Part shown: positions 44,127 to 52,718 of the stretch, piece by piece
Numbering within the stretch: position 1 is the stretch's first letter
Layout: each line of letters starts with the position of its first letter
Assembly: GCA_963783965.1 (NCBI GenBank)
Contig: CAWAPQ010000013.1
Coordinates: 367,529-431,528, forward strand
Origin: an uncultured Acidimicrobiaceae bacterium
GTDB taxonomy: Bacteria > Actinomycetota > Acidimicrobiia > Acidimicrobiales > RAAP-2
Direction of reading: 5' to 3'
DNA: 64,000 nt
Made by a program: the position numbers and the translations under genes
The notes under the pieces: model-generated
Seen by the model: only the letters and a program-made list of their open reading frames with translations
What the model was told of the DNA's origin: nothing
Database searches by the model: none

Positions 44127-45755
44127 TCAGGCGACGTGGCGCTCGGTGTAGAGCCCGAAGACGGATTCGAGCGCCTGCATCGACTCGCCGACGGTCACGT
44201 GATGGCGTGCTGCCTCAATGAGGGCCGGCATCACGTTGACCTCCGGATCGGACGCGTCCTTGGCGATCCGGGCCAGCGACGCGCGGACCGCGTCGTCGTC
44301 TCGCGCCTGCTTGATCTGCGCCAGACGGACCAGCTGCTCCGTCTCGACATCCCCGCCGATAGAGAGCGTGGACGGCGCGACGCCGTCGTCCTCCACGTAC
44401 CCGTTGACGCCCACCATGGTCCATTCGCCTCGGGCGATCTTCGATTGGAAGGCATACGCCGCGTCGGCGATCTCCGCAATGAACCATCCGTCGTCAATGC
44501 AGGCGATGACTCCCTCGAACATCGACCCCGAGCCGGCCTGGTCCAAGTGCGCGAAGACGTCTTCGGCCTGACGCTCCAACTCGTCCGTGAGCGCCTCGAC
44601 GAACCACGAGCCACCCAGCGGGTCGGCCACATGGACGACGCCCGACTCCTCCGCGATGACCTGCTGCGTCCGCAGGGCCAGGCGGGCCGCGTGCTCGGTT
44701 GGCAGCGCCAGCGCTTCGTCAAAGGCATCCGTGTGCAGGCTCTGGGTTCCGCCCAGGACGCCGGAAAGAGCCTCGAGCGCCACCCGGACCAAATTGACCT
44801 CCGGTTGCTGGGCGGTCAGCGACACCCCGGCCGTCTGGGTGTGGAAGCGCAGCTGGCACGACCGCCCGTCCGCCGCCCCGTAGCGCTCGCGCATGAAGCG
44901 GGCCCAGATGCGCCGGGCCGCCCGGTACTTGGCGATCTCCTCGAAGAAATCGCTGTGGGCGTTGAAGAAGAAGCTGAGTCGCGGCGCGAAATCGTCGACC
45001 GCCATGCCGGCCGCGATGGCAGCCTCGACGTAGGCGAACCCGTTCGCCAGGGTGAAGGCCAGCTCCTGCGCCGCCGTCGAACCAGCCTCGCGGATGTGGT
45101 ACCCCGACACCGAGACGGGATGCCAGCGCGGCAGCTCGGCCGCGCAGAACCGCATGACATCTGTGACGAGCCGGACCGAGGGCCGCGGCGGGAAGACATA
45201 TTCCTTCTGGGCCTGGTACTCCTTCAAAATGTCGTTCTGCAGCGTGCCCGAAAGGGCAGCCCGCTCGACGCCGGTACGGTCCGCCACGCCCACGTACATG
45301 GCGAGCACGGGCGCAGCCGGTGAGTTGATGGTCATGGACGTCGAGACCTTCCCGAGGTCGATGCCGGAGAACAGCGTCTCCATGTCGTCCTGGGTGTCGA
45401 CGGCGACGCCCGCCCGACCCACCTCTCCCCTGGCCCACGGGTCGTCGGAATCACGACCGAGCAGCGTCGGCATGTCGAACGCAGTCGACAGCCCGTCGCC
45501 GCCGGCCCGCAACAGCTCCTTGAAGCGTCCGTTGGTGTCGGCCGCGGTGCCGAACCCGGCGAACTGGCGCATCGTCCACAGGCGGGAGCGATACATGGAG
45601 GCGTAGGGCCCGCGCGTGTAGGGGTACTGACCCGGCAGCTCGGCGCCTTCGGGGCCGTACACGGCCTCCACGGGCACGCCCGACATCGTCTCGAACCGCG
45701 CCTCCCGCCGGGGAGAGCGGTCGAATTCCTCCTGCCAGGTCTTTCGGTCTGCCAC
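44127..45755 (-). CDS. Acyl-CoA mutase large (substrate-binding TIM-barrel) subunit, isobutyryl-CoA-mutase-like; no B12-binding domain
   Basis: 542 aa, collinear with the MCM alpha N-terminal barrel and ending at ..ALESVFGLYTERHVA. RQFAGFG and NDILKEYQAQKEYVFPP carry Phe/Gln where MCM has Tyr89/Arg207. GTG start. Confidence 0.9.
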   Translation of the reverse strand: MADRKTWQEEFDRSPRREARFETMSGVPVEAVYGPEGAELPGQYPYTRGPYASMYRSRLWTMRQFAGFGTAADTNGRFKELLRAGGDGLSTAFDMPTLLGRDSDDPWARGEVGRAGVAVDTQDDMETLFSGIDLGKVSTSMTINSPAAPVLAMYVGVADRTGVERAALSGTLQNDILKEYQAQKEYVFPPRPSVRLVTDVMRFCAAELPRWHPVSVSGYHIREAGSTAAQELAFTLANGFAYVEAAIAAGMAVDDFAPRLSFFFNAHSDFFEEIAKYRAARRIWARFMRERYGAADGRSCQLRFHTQTAGVSLTAQQPEVNLVRVALEALSGVLGGTQSLHTDAFDEALALPTEHAARLALRTQQVIAEESGVVHVADPLGGSWFVEALTDELERQAEDVFAHLDQAGSGSMFEGVIACIDDGWFIAEIADAAYAFQSKIARGEWTMVGVNGYVEDDGVAPSTLSIGGDVETEQLVRLAQIKQARDDDAVRASLARIAKDASDPEVNVMPALIEAARHHVTVGESMQALESVFGLYTERHVA

Positions 45756-45796
45756 GTCCCTACATTACTTCAACGTCAAACTACTTTCCAGCTCCC

Positions 45797-46306
45797 TTAC
45801 TGGAAGTCGCCGGCGGCCCGTCGAAGGTCGGCGAGCAGCGTGAAGAGGCTCGCCACGGCGGGCGGCGAGACGCCGATGTCGGCGAAGACCTCCGCATTCA
45901 TCGCCTCCGTCGCTGCGGCAGCCCGACGCCGCCCCGCCGCCGTGAGGACGGCGAGCGTTCCCCGCCCGTCTTCGGGGTTCGAGCGTCGGGTGACGAGACC
46001 GTCCGCCTCCAGGCGATCGACTGCGTTGGTCACGCTCGCCGCATTGACCTGCAGACGCTCGCCGACCTTGCCCAGGGGCAGGGCTCCCTTGGAGGAGAAC
46101 GACAGCAACATGAGGACCTCGTAGCGCGCAAACGTCAGTCCGAGTGGACGCAGGACGGCATCGGCACGGGCAAGGAAGACCTGCTGCAGCCGCATGATGG
46201 AAGTGACGACCGCCATGCCCGGCGCCTCTTCCGGCCAGCCGTGGGTCCCCCACTGGCGCTCCGCCTCGGCGATCGGATCGAAACGCAGCCGTCGCGGTTC
46301 GGCCAT
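45797..46306 (-). CDS. MarR-family transcriptional regulator
   Basis: LGLTFARYEVLMLLS..LPLGKVGERLQVNAASVTNAVDRLEADGLVTRR wHTH. Confidence 0.85.
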   Translation of the reverse strand: MAEPRRLRFDPIAEAERQWGTHGWPEEAPGMAVVTSIMRLQQVFLARADAVLRPLGLTFARYEVLMLLSFSSKGALPLGKVGERLQVNAASVTNAVDRLEADGLVTRRSNPEDGRGTLAVLTAAGRRRAAAATEAMNAEVFADIGVSPPAVASLFTLLADLRRAAGDFQ

Positions 46307-46356
46307 GGGCGCACGCTAGACGTTCATCCGCTCGCCGGACGGGGGCTCCGGTTTGA

Positions 46357-46370
46357 TGCAAAGCTTTGCA
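46357..46370. promoter_or_regulatory. 14-bp perfect palindrome TGCAAAGCTTTGCA in the MarR/GH1 divergent region (LacI-type operator candidate)
   Basis: Identical core to 21054..21067. Lies 64 nt upstream of the GH1 ATG. Confidence 0.5.
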
Positions 46371-46433
46371 GAGGCCAGGGCGGGCGTGTCACACTGCGGC
46401 CTTCCGGTCAGGCTTGCGACAGGAAGGACCGCG

Positions 46434-47669
46434 ATGGCACGGTTTCCACATGGCTTTCTCTGGGGCGCGGCCACAGCCGGACACCAGGTCGAAGGCGGCA
46501 ACGTCAACGCCGACATGTGGCCGATGGAATGGGCCCAGAACTCGACCTTCAACGAGCCGTCCGGCGACACGTGCGATCACTACCACCGCTATCCCGAGGA
46601 CATCGCGGCCCTCGCCGAGCTCGGACTCACCGCGTACCGCTTCTCCCTCGAGTGGTCCCGGATCGAACCCGAGCCGGGCTTCTATTCGCGGGCCGCGCTC
46701 GACCACTACGGGAGGATGATCGAGAGCTGCCTGCACAACGGCATCACGCCGGTGGTGACCTACAACCACTTCACGGTCCCGCGCTGGATGGCAGGCCGGG
46801 GCGGATGGAGTGCAGATGATGCACCGGCGCGCTTCGCGGACTATGCGGCGCGAGCGACGCAGCACTTCGGCGATCTCCTGTCGTGGGCCTGCACGCTGAA
46901 CGAGCCCAACCTCATGGCCATGATGCGGAGCACCGGCGTCCTGGCCATGGGCGCCGGAGACCGCTCACCGCGCCCCGAGCCTTTCGAATCGGAACGCGGT
47001 GGTGTCGGCGGCTTCGACCCGCGGCACTACCGGATGGGGATTGTGGCGGCCGACCTCGAGCGCATGGCGACGGCCCATCGACAGGCGGTGCAGGCGATCA
47101 AGGCGACGACGGGGGCCATCAAGACGGGGTGGACCCTGGCGCTCGTGGACTTCCAGCCGGCGGAGGGTGGCGAGGAACGGTGGCAGGAGGCACGGCGGGT
47201 GGCCCAGACCGACTGGCTCGCCGTCTCGGCCGACGACGACTTCGTCGGCGTGCAGACGTACTCCCGCGCCCGCATCGGACCGGAGGGGCAGCTGTCCGTG
47301 CCGGACGGGGCCGACACCATGCAGACCGGCTGGGAGGTCTACCCCGAGGCACTGGGACACACGGTCCGCCTCGCCGCGGAACACGCCGGCGTGCCCGTGC
47401 TCGTGACCGAGAACGGGATGGCGACCGACGACGACGCGAGCCGGCTGGCCTACATCCGTGCCGCGCTCGAGGGACTGGCCCGGGCCGTTGCTGACGGGGT
47501 CGACGTGCGCGGCTACCTGCACTGGACGCTGCTCGACAACTTCGAATGGAACGCCGGCTACTCCAAGACGTTCGGCCTCATCGCCGTCGACCGCGAGACC
47601 TTTGCCCGTTCGGTCAAACCCTCCGCCCGCTGGCTCGGTCAGGTGGCCCAGCGCAACGGCCTGGACTGA
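46434..47669 (+). CDS. GH1 beta-glucosidase
   Basis: MARFPHGFLWGAATAGHQVEG..YRFSLEWSRIEP..TLNEPN (acid/base)..LVTENGMAT (nucleophile). AGGAAGGA lies upstream of ATG 46434. Confidence 0.9.
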   Translation: MARFPHGFLWGAATAGHQVEGGNVNADMWPMEWAQNSTFNEPSGDTCDHYHRYPEDIAALAELGLTAYRFSLEWSRIEPEPGFYSRAALDHYGRMIESCLHNGITPVVTYNHFTVPRWMAGRGGWSADDAPARFADYAARATQHFGDLLSWACTLNEPNLMAMMRSTGVLAMGAGDRSPRPEPFESERGGVGGFDPRHYRMGIVAADLERMATAHRQAVQAIKATTGAIKTGWTLALVDFQPAEGGEERWQEARRVAQTDWLAVSADDDFVGVQTYSRARIGPEGQLSVPDGADTMQTGWEVYPEALGHTVRLAAEHAGVPVLVTENGMATDDDASRLAYIRAALEGLARAVADGVDVRGYLHWTLLDNFEWNAGYSKTFGLIAVDRETFARSVKPSARWLGQVAQRNGLD

Positions 47670-47696
47670 TCGCCGTCGCCGCCGTCGGCCGCTCCG

Positions 47697-48884
47697 TCAG
47701 CGTCGGCCGGGCCCGGCAGACCCGTCGACCTCGAACCCGACGCGCTCGATGTCGGGCGCCAACTGCGCCATGTCGAACCCGTACAGGCGCGCCGCGTTCT
47801 CGCACAGGATCTTGCGTGCCACGTCGGCACTGATACTCGGATGCTGCACCAATGCGTCGACCTGGGCGTTGGTCTCGGGGAACACCGATTCGAAGTGCGG
47901 ATAGTCCACCCCGAACATCGCGTTGTCACACCCGATGGCGAACGGCTGGTACTCGGCACTGGGACGGGCCAGCTCCTGGAGCGGAACCTGGTCGTCGGTG
48001 AAGGGCGAGATACCGGCGAAGCAATTGGCCGCCCAGTAGTCACGCGCCGAGCCCGTGAACTGGCGCATGCGCTGCAGCGTGTGAGCCCACCCCGTCCAAT
48101 CGTCCCCCCACTCGAGCCGACGGTCCAGCTTGCGGATCACCGGAGCGATCCAATCCGCCTCGGTCTCTATGAACGCGAGCCGCAGGTCGGGAAAGCGCGC
48201 GAAGACGCCGCCGAGGATCATCTGCCACAGGGAGCGGCCCGAGTAGAAGGAGTGCTCGAGCGCGAGGGTCATGATGGCGGCGAACCCGGGCGGCCCGTAG
48301 GCGGGCGCACCCGACCCCCCGTGCTGACTGATCGGCAGGCCCACGTCCACGCAGGCGGCCCACACCGGGTCGAGCGCAGGGTCGAAGAAGAAGGTCCCAC
48401 CGGGCAACAGGGCGGGCATCATGACGCCGCCCAGGCCGTGCTCCTTGGCCCAGTGGATGTCCGCCACCGCCAGGTCGACGTCGTCGAACGAGACCAGCGC
48501 CTGCCCGGCGCGACGGCCCGGCGTGTGGGCGCAGAAGTCGGCCAGCCAGCGGTTGTAGGCGAGACGCGCCTGCCGGTCGATCTCGGGGTCGGCGAACGAG
48601 CCCACGTCGTCGGCGGGCCTGGACTGGAACGGAAGCCCGTTCGGGAAGAGCACCTCGGCCACCACGCCCTGACTCTCCATGTCCTTGAGGCGCAGGTCCG
48701 AGTCCCACTGCGACGTGGGATCGAGTCCGGCGCTCAGGTTGCCGCTCTCGGGTGCACCCGCCGCTTCCTCCGCGCTCGCCCACGCATCGAAGGCAGGGAG
48801 GAAACGCTGCTCGACGTAGTTCCGGTAGTCGCTCCGTGAAGCCCGGACGTGTCCGTCCACCGAGATGATCGCGGTCTTCGCCAT
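47697..48884 (-). CDS. Amidohydrolase_2 family protein
   Basis: MAKTAIISVDGHV..AMFGVDYPHFES. Shares VFARFPDLR with the partial copy at 63476. Confidence 0.85.
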   Translation of the reverse strand: MAKTAIISVDGHVRASRSDYRNYVEQRFLPAFDAWASAEEAAGAPESGNLSAGLDPTSQWDSDLRLKDMESQGVVAEVLFPNGLPFQSRPADDVGSFADPEIDRQARLAYNRWLADFCAHTPGRRAGQALVSFDDVDLAVADIHWAKEHGLGGVMMPALLPGGTFFFDPALDPVWAACVDVGLPISQHGGSGAPAYGPPGFAAIMTLALEHSFYSGRSLWQMILGGVFARFPDLRLAFIETEADWIAPVIRKLDRRLEWGDDWTGWAHTLQRMRQFTGSARDYWAANCFAGISPFTDDQVPLQELARPSAEYQPFAIGCDNAMFGVDYPHFESVFPETNAQVDALVQHPSISADVARKILCENAARLYGFDMAQLAPDIERVGFEVDGSAGPGRR

Positions 48885-48970
48885 CGTCCCCCCTTTTCCG
48901 CACCGCCCTCAGGCGTGCACAAGGGTCATGCTAACGATTGCACGAGGCGAGAACCAGGGGATGGTGCCCG

Positions 48971-51544
48971 TCAGCCGAGCCCGCACGCGTAGGACGCGGT
49001 CCCCGGCCCTTGCTCACGGACGGAGCCGTCGGGCAACGCGACCTCGGCCGCCGTCCCTGGCGGCGCGGTCACCGTCACGAGAAGGGTCGACCCGTCGAGG
49101 TGCCACGCCGACTCAATGCGGCCGTAGGGCGAGTCATGGACGGCCTCCGCCCAGGTCAGCCCACCCCCGGGCCGGGGCGCCACCCGGAAGCGGCGGTAGG
49201 CGGGGTGACCGTCGAGCAGCGTGATGCCGGCGACGTAGTTGTGCAGGAACGAGATCACGGCGCCCTTGCTGTAGTGGTTCAGGGATTCGTGCGGACGGCC
49301 GTCCTCGTCGATTCCCTCCCACGCCTCCCAGACCGTCGTCGCGCCGCGCTCGACCATCGCCAACCAGGAGGGCGGCGTGTCCTGCAGCAAGAGCTCGTAC
49401 GCCACGGGGAGGTGGCCGTGGTCCGCCAGCACCGGCAACAGGTACGGCGTGGCCAGGAACCCGGTACCAAGGTGCGTGTCGTCCTCGCGGATCAGCTGCA
49501 CCAGCCGCTCCGCCGTCCGCGCGCGCAGCCCATCGGGCACGAGCCCGAAGGCGAGGGCGCGCACGTGATTCGCCTGGGTGTCGGGGGTGAGGGCGCCATC
49601 GGGCCCGATGAACTCGGCGCGCCAAGCGCGGAGCACGTCGGCAGCCAGCTCCTCGAAGCGCGCCGCCTCCGCGTCATGCCCGAGCATCCGACCGATGCGC
49701 GCGGCCAGCGCGGCGGAGTGCTGTAGGAACGCGGTCCCCACCGACCCCTGGTCCTTCTTCACGTGATCATGGGGTTGCGCGCCCGGCTCGAGCCATTCGC
49801 CCCAATGGTACGTCCCGTCCCAGATGAACTCCTCGTGCGGCGCCGGCTCGGGCCGGGCCGCCGCGCGGCTCTCGTGACGGTGCAGGGCCGCCGCCGCCGC
49901 GGCGAAGTCGACCCAGGACACCATGGACGGCCACAGCTCCGCCAGCACGTCGCTGTCGCCGTAAGCGCGCCACATCTCCCAGGGGACCATGACGATGGCG
50001 TCGCCCCACCCCGACGACCCCTGCATGTGCTGCCACAGGCCGGTGCTCTCCATGCGTTGGCGCAGCGGGTCCGGCGAGTAGTTGATGATCCGGCCGTCAG
50101 GGAGCTGCTCGGCCGCGACGTCCCGGAGCCACTTGAGGGAGAACCCCGCGACGTCGTAGAGAAAGGCACCGGTCGGGACGAACAGCTGCCAGTCCCCCGT
50201 CCAGCCGGCGCGCTCGCGTTGCGGGCAGTCCGTCGGGATTTCGCAGGCGTTGTCCCGGAACGACCATTCGGTGATGTCGTGCAGCCGGTTCAACCGCTCG
50301 TCGCTGCAGCGGAACCACCCCGTACGGCGCAAGTCCGTATGGACGACCACTCCAGTGACGTCGTCGGGAGTGAGCCGGTTCGGATGGCCCTCGATGCGCG
50401 CGTACCGGAAACCGTGGGTCGTGTGGCGCGGTTCGAACACCTCGCCGGGCGTGCCGGCGGCCACCACGTGATCGGTCATCCCGACCTTCATGTCGCCACC
50501 GAAGAAGTCGGGCGACAGGTGATCCTGGGTGACGTCGCCCGACGGATCGAGAAACTCGCCGTGGACGATGGTCAGCTCCGTGCCGGTGGGACCGACGTCG
50601 CACAGGCGCAGCCAGCCGTTGATGTTCTGCCCGAGGTCGACCACCTGGCGGTCGGACCCCAGCCGCGTGACGGCGACAGGCGGCAGCTCCTGCACCCTGC
50701 GGGTCGGCGGCGCCGGGGAATAGGCCAGGGACCCGAGGTCGTCGCCGACGACCGTGACGGCCTCCCAGGAGCCCGGGCTTTTCCGATGGTCCTCGCTCTG
50801 CCCCGCCATGAGGTCGGCGCTGAGGAGCGACCCGGTGCCGGATACCCAATCGGGGCCCGACGTGATCACGACGTCGCCGGCGTGGAGCTGGCCCAGGAAG
50901 CCGAGCGTGCCGCCGAAGCCATCGGTGCCCTGGAAGAACCCGGTGCGACCGCGCCACCACCCGTCCGAGAGCACGACCTCCCAGACGTTGTCGCCGGGAG
51001 CCAGCAGCGCGCCGACGTCGTAGACCTGGACGTGCAGGCTCGTCGGGTAGCTCGTGAAGCCCGGCGCCAGCTCGACATCACCGACACGCCGGCCGTTGAG
51101 GAAGGTCTCGTAGACCCCGTGGGCGGTGGCGTAGAGGCGGGCCTCCCGCGTCGGTGCTTTCAGGCGGAATGTGTGGCGCAGCACATGGGCGGACCGGGTG
51201 GTCTCCGCCGGCTCTATCCAGCGAGCGGCCCAGTCGGAAGGGTCGAGCAGTCCGGTCTCGAACCAGGCCGGGGACGACCACTCGCTCTCGGCCCCGCCGG
51301 CACCCCAGCTCTTCACCCTCCAGACGACCCGCTGCCGCGAGCTCAGGTCAGGACCGGGCCACGGGATCAGGACGCTGGCGTCGGACTCGACACGGTCCAG
51401 GACGCGGCCGTCGAGCTCTAGGACGTAGGCCTGCTGCCGCTCTGTGCCGGGCGGCAGCCGCCATGACAGGCGTGGCCGACGATCGCCGAGGCCGAGGACG
51501 GAGGCGCCGAGATGCTCGACCCCGAGGCGGGTGGGCGTGTTCAT
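48971..51544 (-). CDS. GH78 alpha-L-rhamnosidase
   Basis: 857 aa from MNTPTRLGVEHLG..PRLSWRLP..AHGVYETFLNGRRVGD..DCPQRERAGWTGD.. typical of bacterial rhamnosidases. The N-terminal part of the 978-aa track ORF is rejected. Confidence 0.9.
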   Translation of the reverse strand: MNTPTRLGVEHLGASVLGLGDRRPRLSWRLPPGTERQQAYVLELDGRVLDRVESDASVLIPWPGPDLSSRQRVVWRVKSWGAGGAESEWSSPAWFETGLLDPSDWAARWIEPAETTRSAHVLRHTFRLKAPTREARLYATAHGVYETFLNGRRVGDVELAPGFTSYPTSLHVQVYDVGALLAPGDNVWEVVLSDGWWRGRTGFFQGTDGFGGTLGFLGQLHAGDVVITSGPDWVSGTGSLLSADLMAGQSEDHRKSPGSWEAVTVVGDDLGSLAYSPAPPTRRVQELPPVAVTRLGSDRQVVDLGQNINGWLRLCDVGPTGTELTIVHGEFLDPSGDVTQDHLSPDFFGGDMKVGMTDHVVAAGTPGEVFEPRHTTHGFRYARIEGHPNRLTPDDVTGVVVHTDLRRTGWFRCSDERLNRLHDITEWSFRDNACEIPTDCPQRERAGWTGDWQLFVPTGAFLYDVAGFSLKWLRDVAAEQLPDGRIINYSPDPLRQRMESTGLWQHMQGSSGWGDAIVMVPWEMWRAYGDSDVLAELWPSMVSWVDFAAAAAALHRHESRAAARPEPAPHEEFIWDGTYHWGEWLEPGAQPHDHVKKDQGSVGTAFLQHSAALAARIGRMLGHDAEAARFEELAADVLRAWRAEFIGPDGALTPDTQANHVRALAFGLVPDGLRARTAERLVQLIREDDTHLGTGFLATPYLLPVLADHGHLPVAYELLLQDTPPSWLAMVERGATTVWEAWEGIDEDGRPHESLNHYSKGAVISFLHNYVAGITLLDGHPAYRRFRVAPRPGGGLTWAEAVHDSPYGRIESAWHLDGSTLLVTVTAPPGTAAEVALPDGSVREQGPGTASYACGLG

Positions 51545-51675
51545 GTGGGCAGCTCCATGATCCCTTTTGTGCAACATTACAACTTCGAACATCTGGCGTC
51601 GATTGGCTCTCGTGTCCGCAGATGCGGCCGGCTTTACGGTCTTCTTATGGATTCCGAATGCGGGAGCGCGCCTTT

Positions 51676-51816
51676 TGCAACGGTGCTGTAACGACCGGCT
51701 GTCAATGTCGTTGGTAGCGATTCGGCCCCGCGTTCCCCCCCTCACCCCCCGGGGCGGGGTCGCATCGCTCGGACCCACCAGGTGGCACCGTTGCAGCCCC
51801 GCTCCGGCGGGGCTGC
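51676..51816 (+). ncRNA. Candidate structured RNA element (nested helices, C-rich loop, terminal GC hairpin); strand and function uncertain
   Basis: P1 pairs 51676..51686 with 51785..51795 (11 bp perfect). An inner hairpin pairs 51690..51695 with 51707..51712. A 16-bp stem pairs 51716..51731 with 51754..51769 (one mismatch, one G-U on the plus strand) and has the loop GUUCCCCCCCUCACCCCCCGGG. A 10-bp hairpin spans 51793..51816. Confidence 0.25.
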
Positions 51817-51948
51817 GGCGCGCCACGGGCCCGCCGTACCTCACAATCCTGTCATTCCGTCCCGCCTGCGGATGGTGCTCCCCGACGCCCGATTTCGGCC
51901 CGGGCAAAGGTGTCTAACATCGCCGTCAGCGAATCAAAAGGAGGGGCG

Positions 51949-52701
51949 TTGCGGACGGTTGTCGTAGGAGCTTCGAGCGGACTCGGGCGCTGCATCGGCG
52001 TCGGGCTCGCCCAGCGCGGGGCGAAGACCGCCCTGTTGGCCCGCCGGCAGCAGCGACTCGAGGGGGCAGCAAGGGAGGCGGGGCCGGGGACGCTGGCCAT
52101 CACGTGTGACGTGACCAGCACCGAGTCCTGCCAGTCCGCGGTGCGACAGGCCGCCGAGGGTCTCGGGGGCATTGACGCCCTGGTCTACGCACCGGGGATC
52201 GGTCCGCTGGCGCGCCTCGCCGACATGGACGCGGCGACGTGGCGGCAGGTCTTCGACACGAACGTGATCGGAGCGTCACTGGTGACGGCTGCCGCAGTGC
52301 CGTATCTCTCCGAGTCCTCGGGTACAGCCGTCTATCTCTCGTCGGTGAGCGCCTCCCAGACCCCCCCGTGGCCGGGCCTGGGTGCCTACGCGGTCAGCAA
52401 GGCCGCACTGGACAAGCTCGTCGAGGCCTGGAGGGGTGAGCACCCGGCGGTGGGATTCACCCGGGTCGTGGTGGGTGAGTGCATGGGTGGCCAAGGCGAC
52501 TCGACGCCGGGGTTCGCCGACGGCTGGGACCAGGAGCTGGCAGCGGAGGTGATGCCGGTGTGGTTCGCCCGCAACTACATGAGCGGGGCGTTTGTCGGCG
52601 TCGAGGACCTCATCACCGTCGTGGACACGGTCCTGCGTCATGGCGGCGGTGTCGCCATCCCGTCGGTGACGGTGGCCGGTCGCCTCGCCGGGGAGAGCTG
52701 A
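51949..52701 (+). CDS. Short-chain dehydrogenase/reductase (SDR)
   Basis: LRTVVVGASSGLGRCIG..YAVSKAAL. TTG 51949 is preceded by AAAGGAGG 5 nt upstream; the track ORF starts at GTG 51910. Confidence 0.85.
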   Translation: MRTVVVGASSGLGRCIGVGLAQRGAKTALLARRQQRLEGAAREAGPGTLAITCDVTSTESCQSAVRQAAEGLGGIDALVYAPGIGPLARLADMDAATWRQVFDTNVIGASLVTAAAVPYLSESSGTAVYLSSVSASQTPPWPGLGAYAVSKAALDKLVEAWRGEHPAVGFTRVVVGECMGGQGDSTPGFADGWDQELAAEVMPVWFARNYMSGAFVGVEDLITVVDTVLRHGGGVAIPSVTVAGRLAGES

Positions 52702-52718
52702 GTACTTCTCACTTCGGT

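Noticed and set aside
51676-51795. TGCAACG..CGTTGCA as the two halves of a split LacI operator related to TGCAAAGCTTTGCA.
   Set aside because: The half-sites are about 109 bp apart, too far for one dimer. The 11-bp complementarity and the nested helices are better explained as an RNA (or cruciform) structure. Kept only as a note inside the structured-RNA finding.
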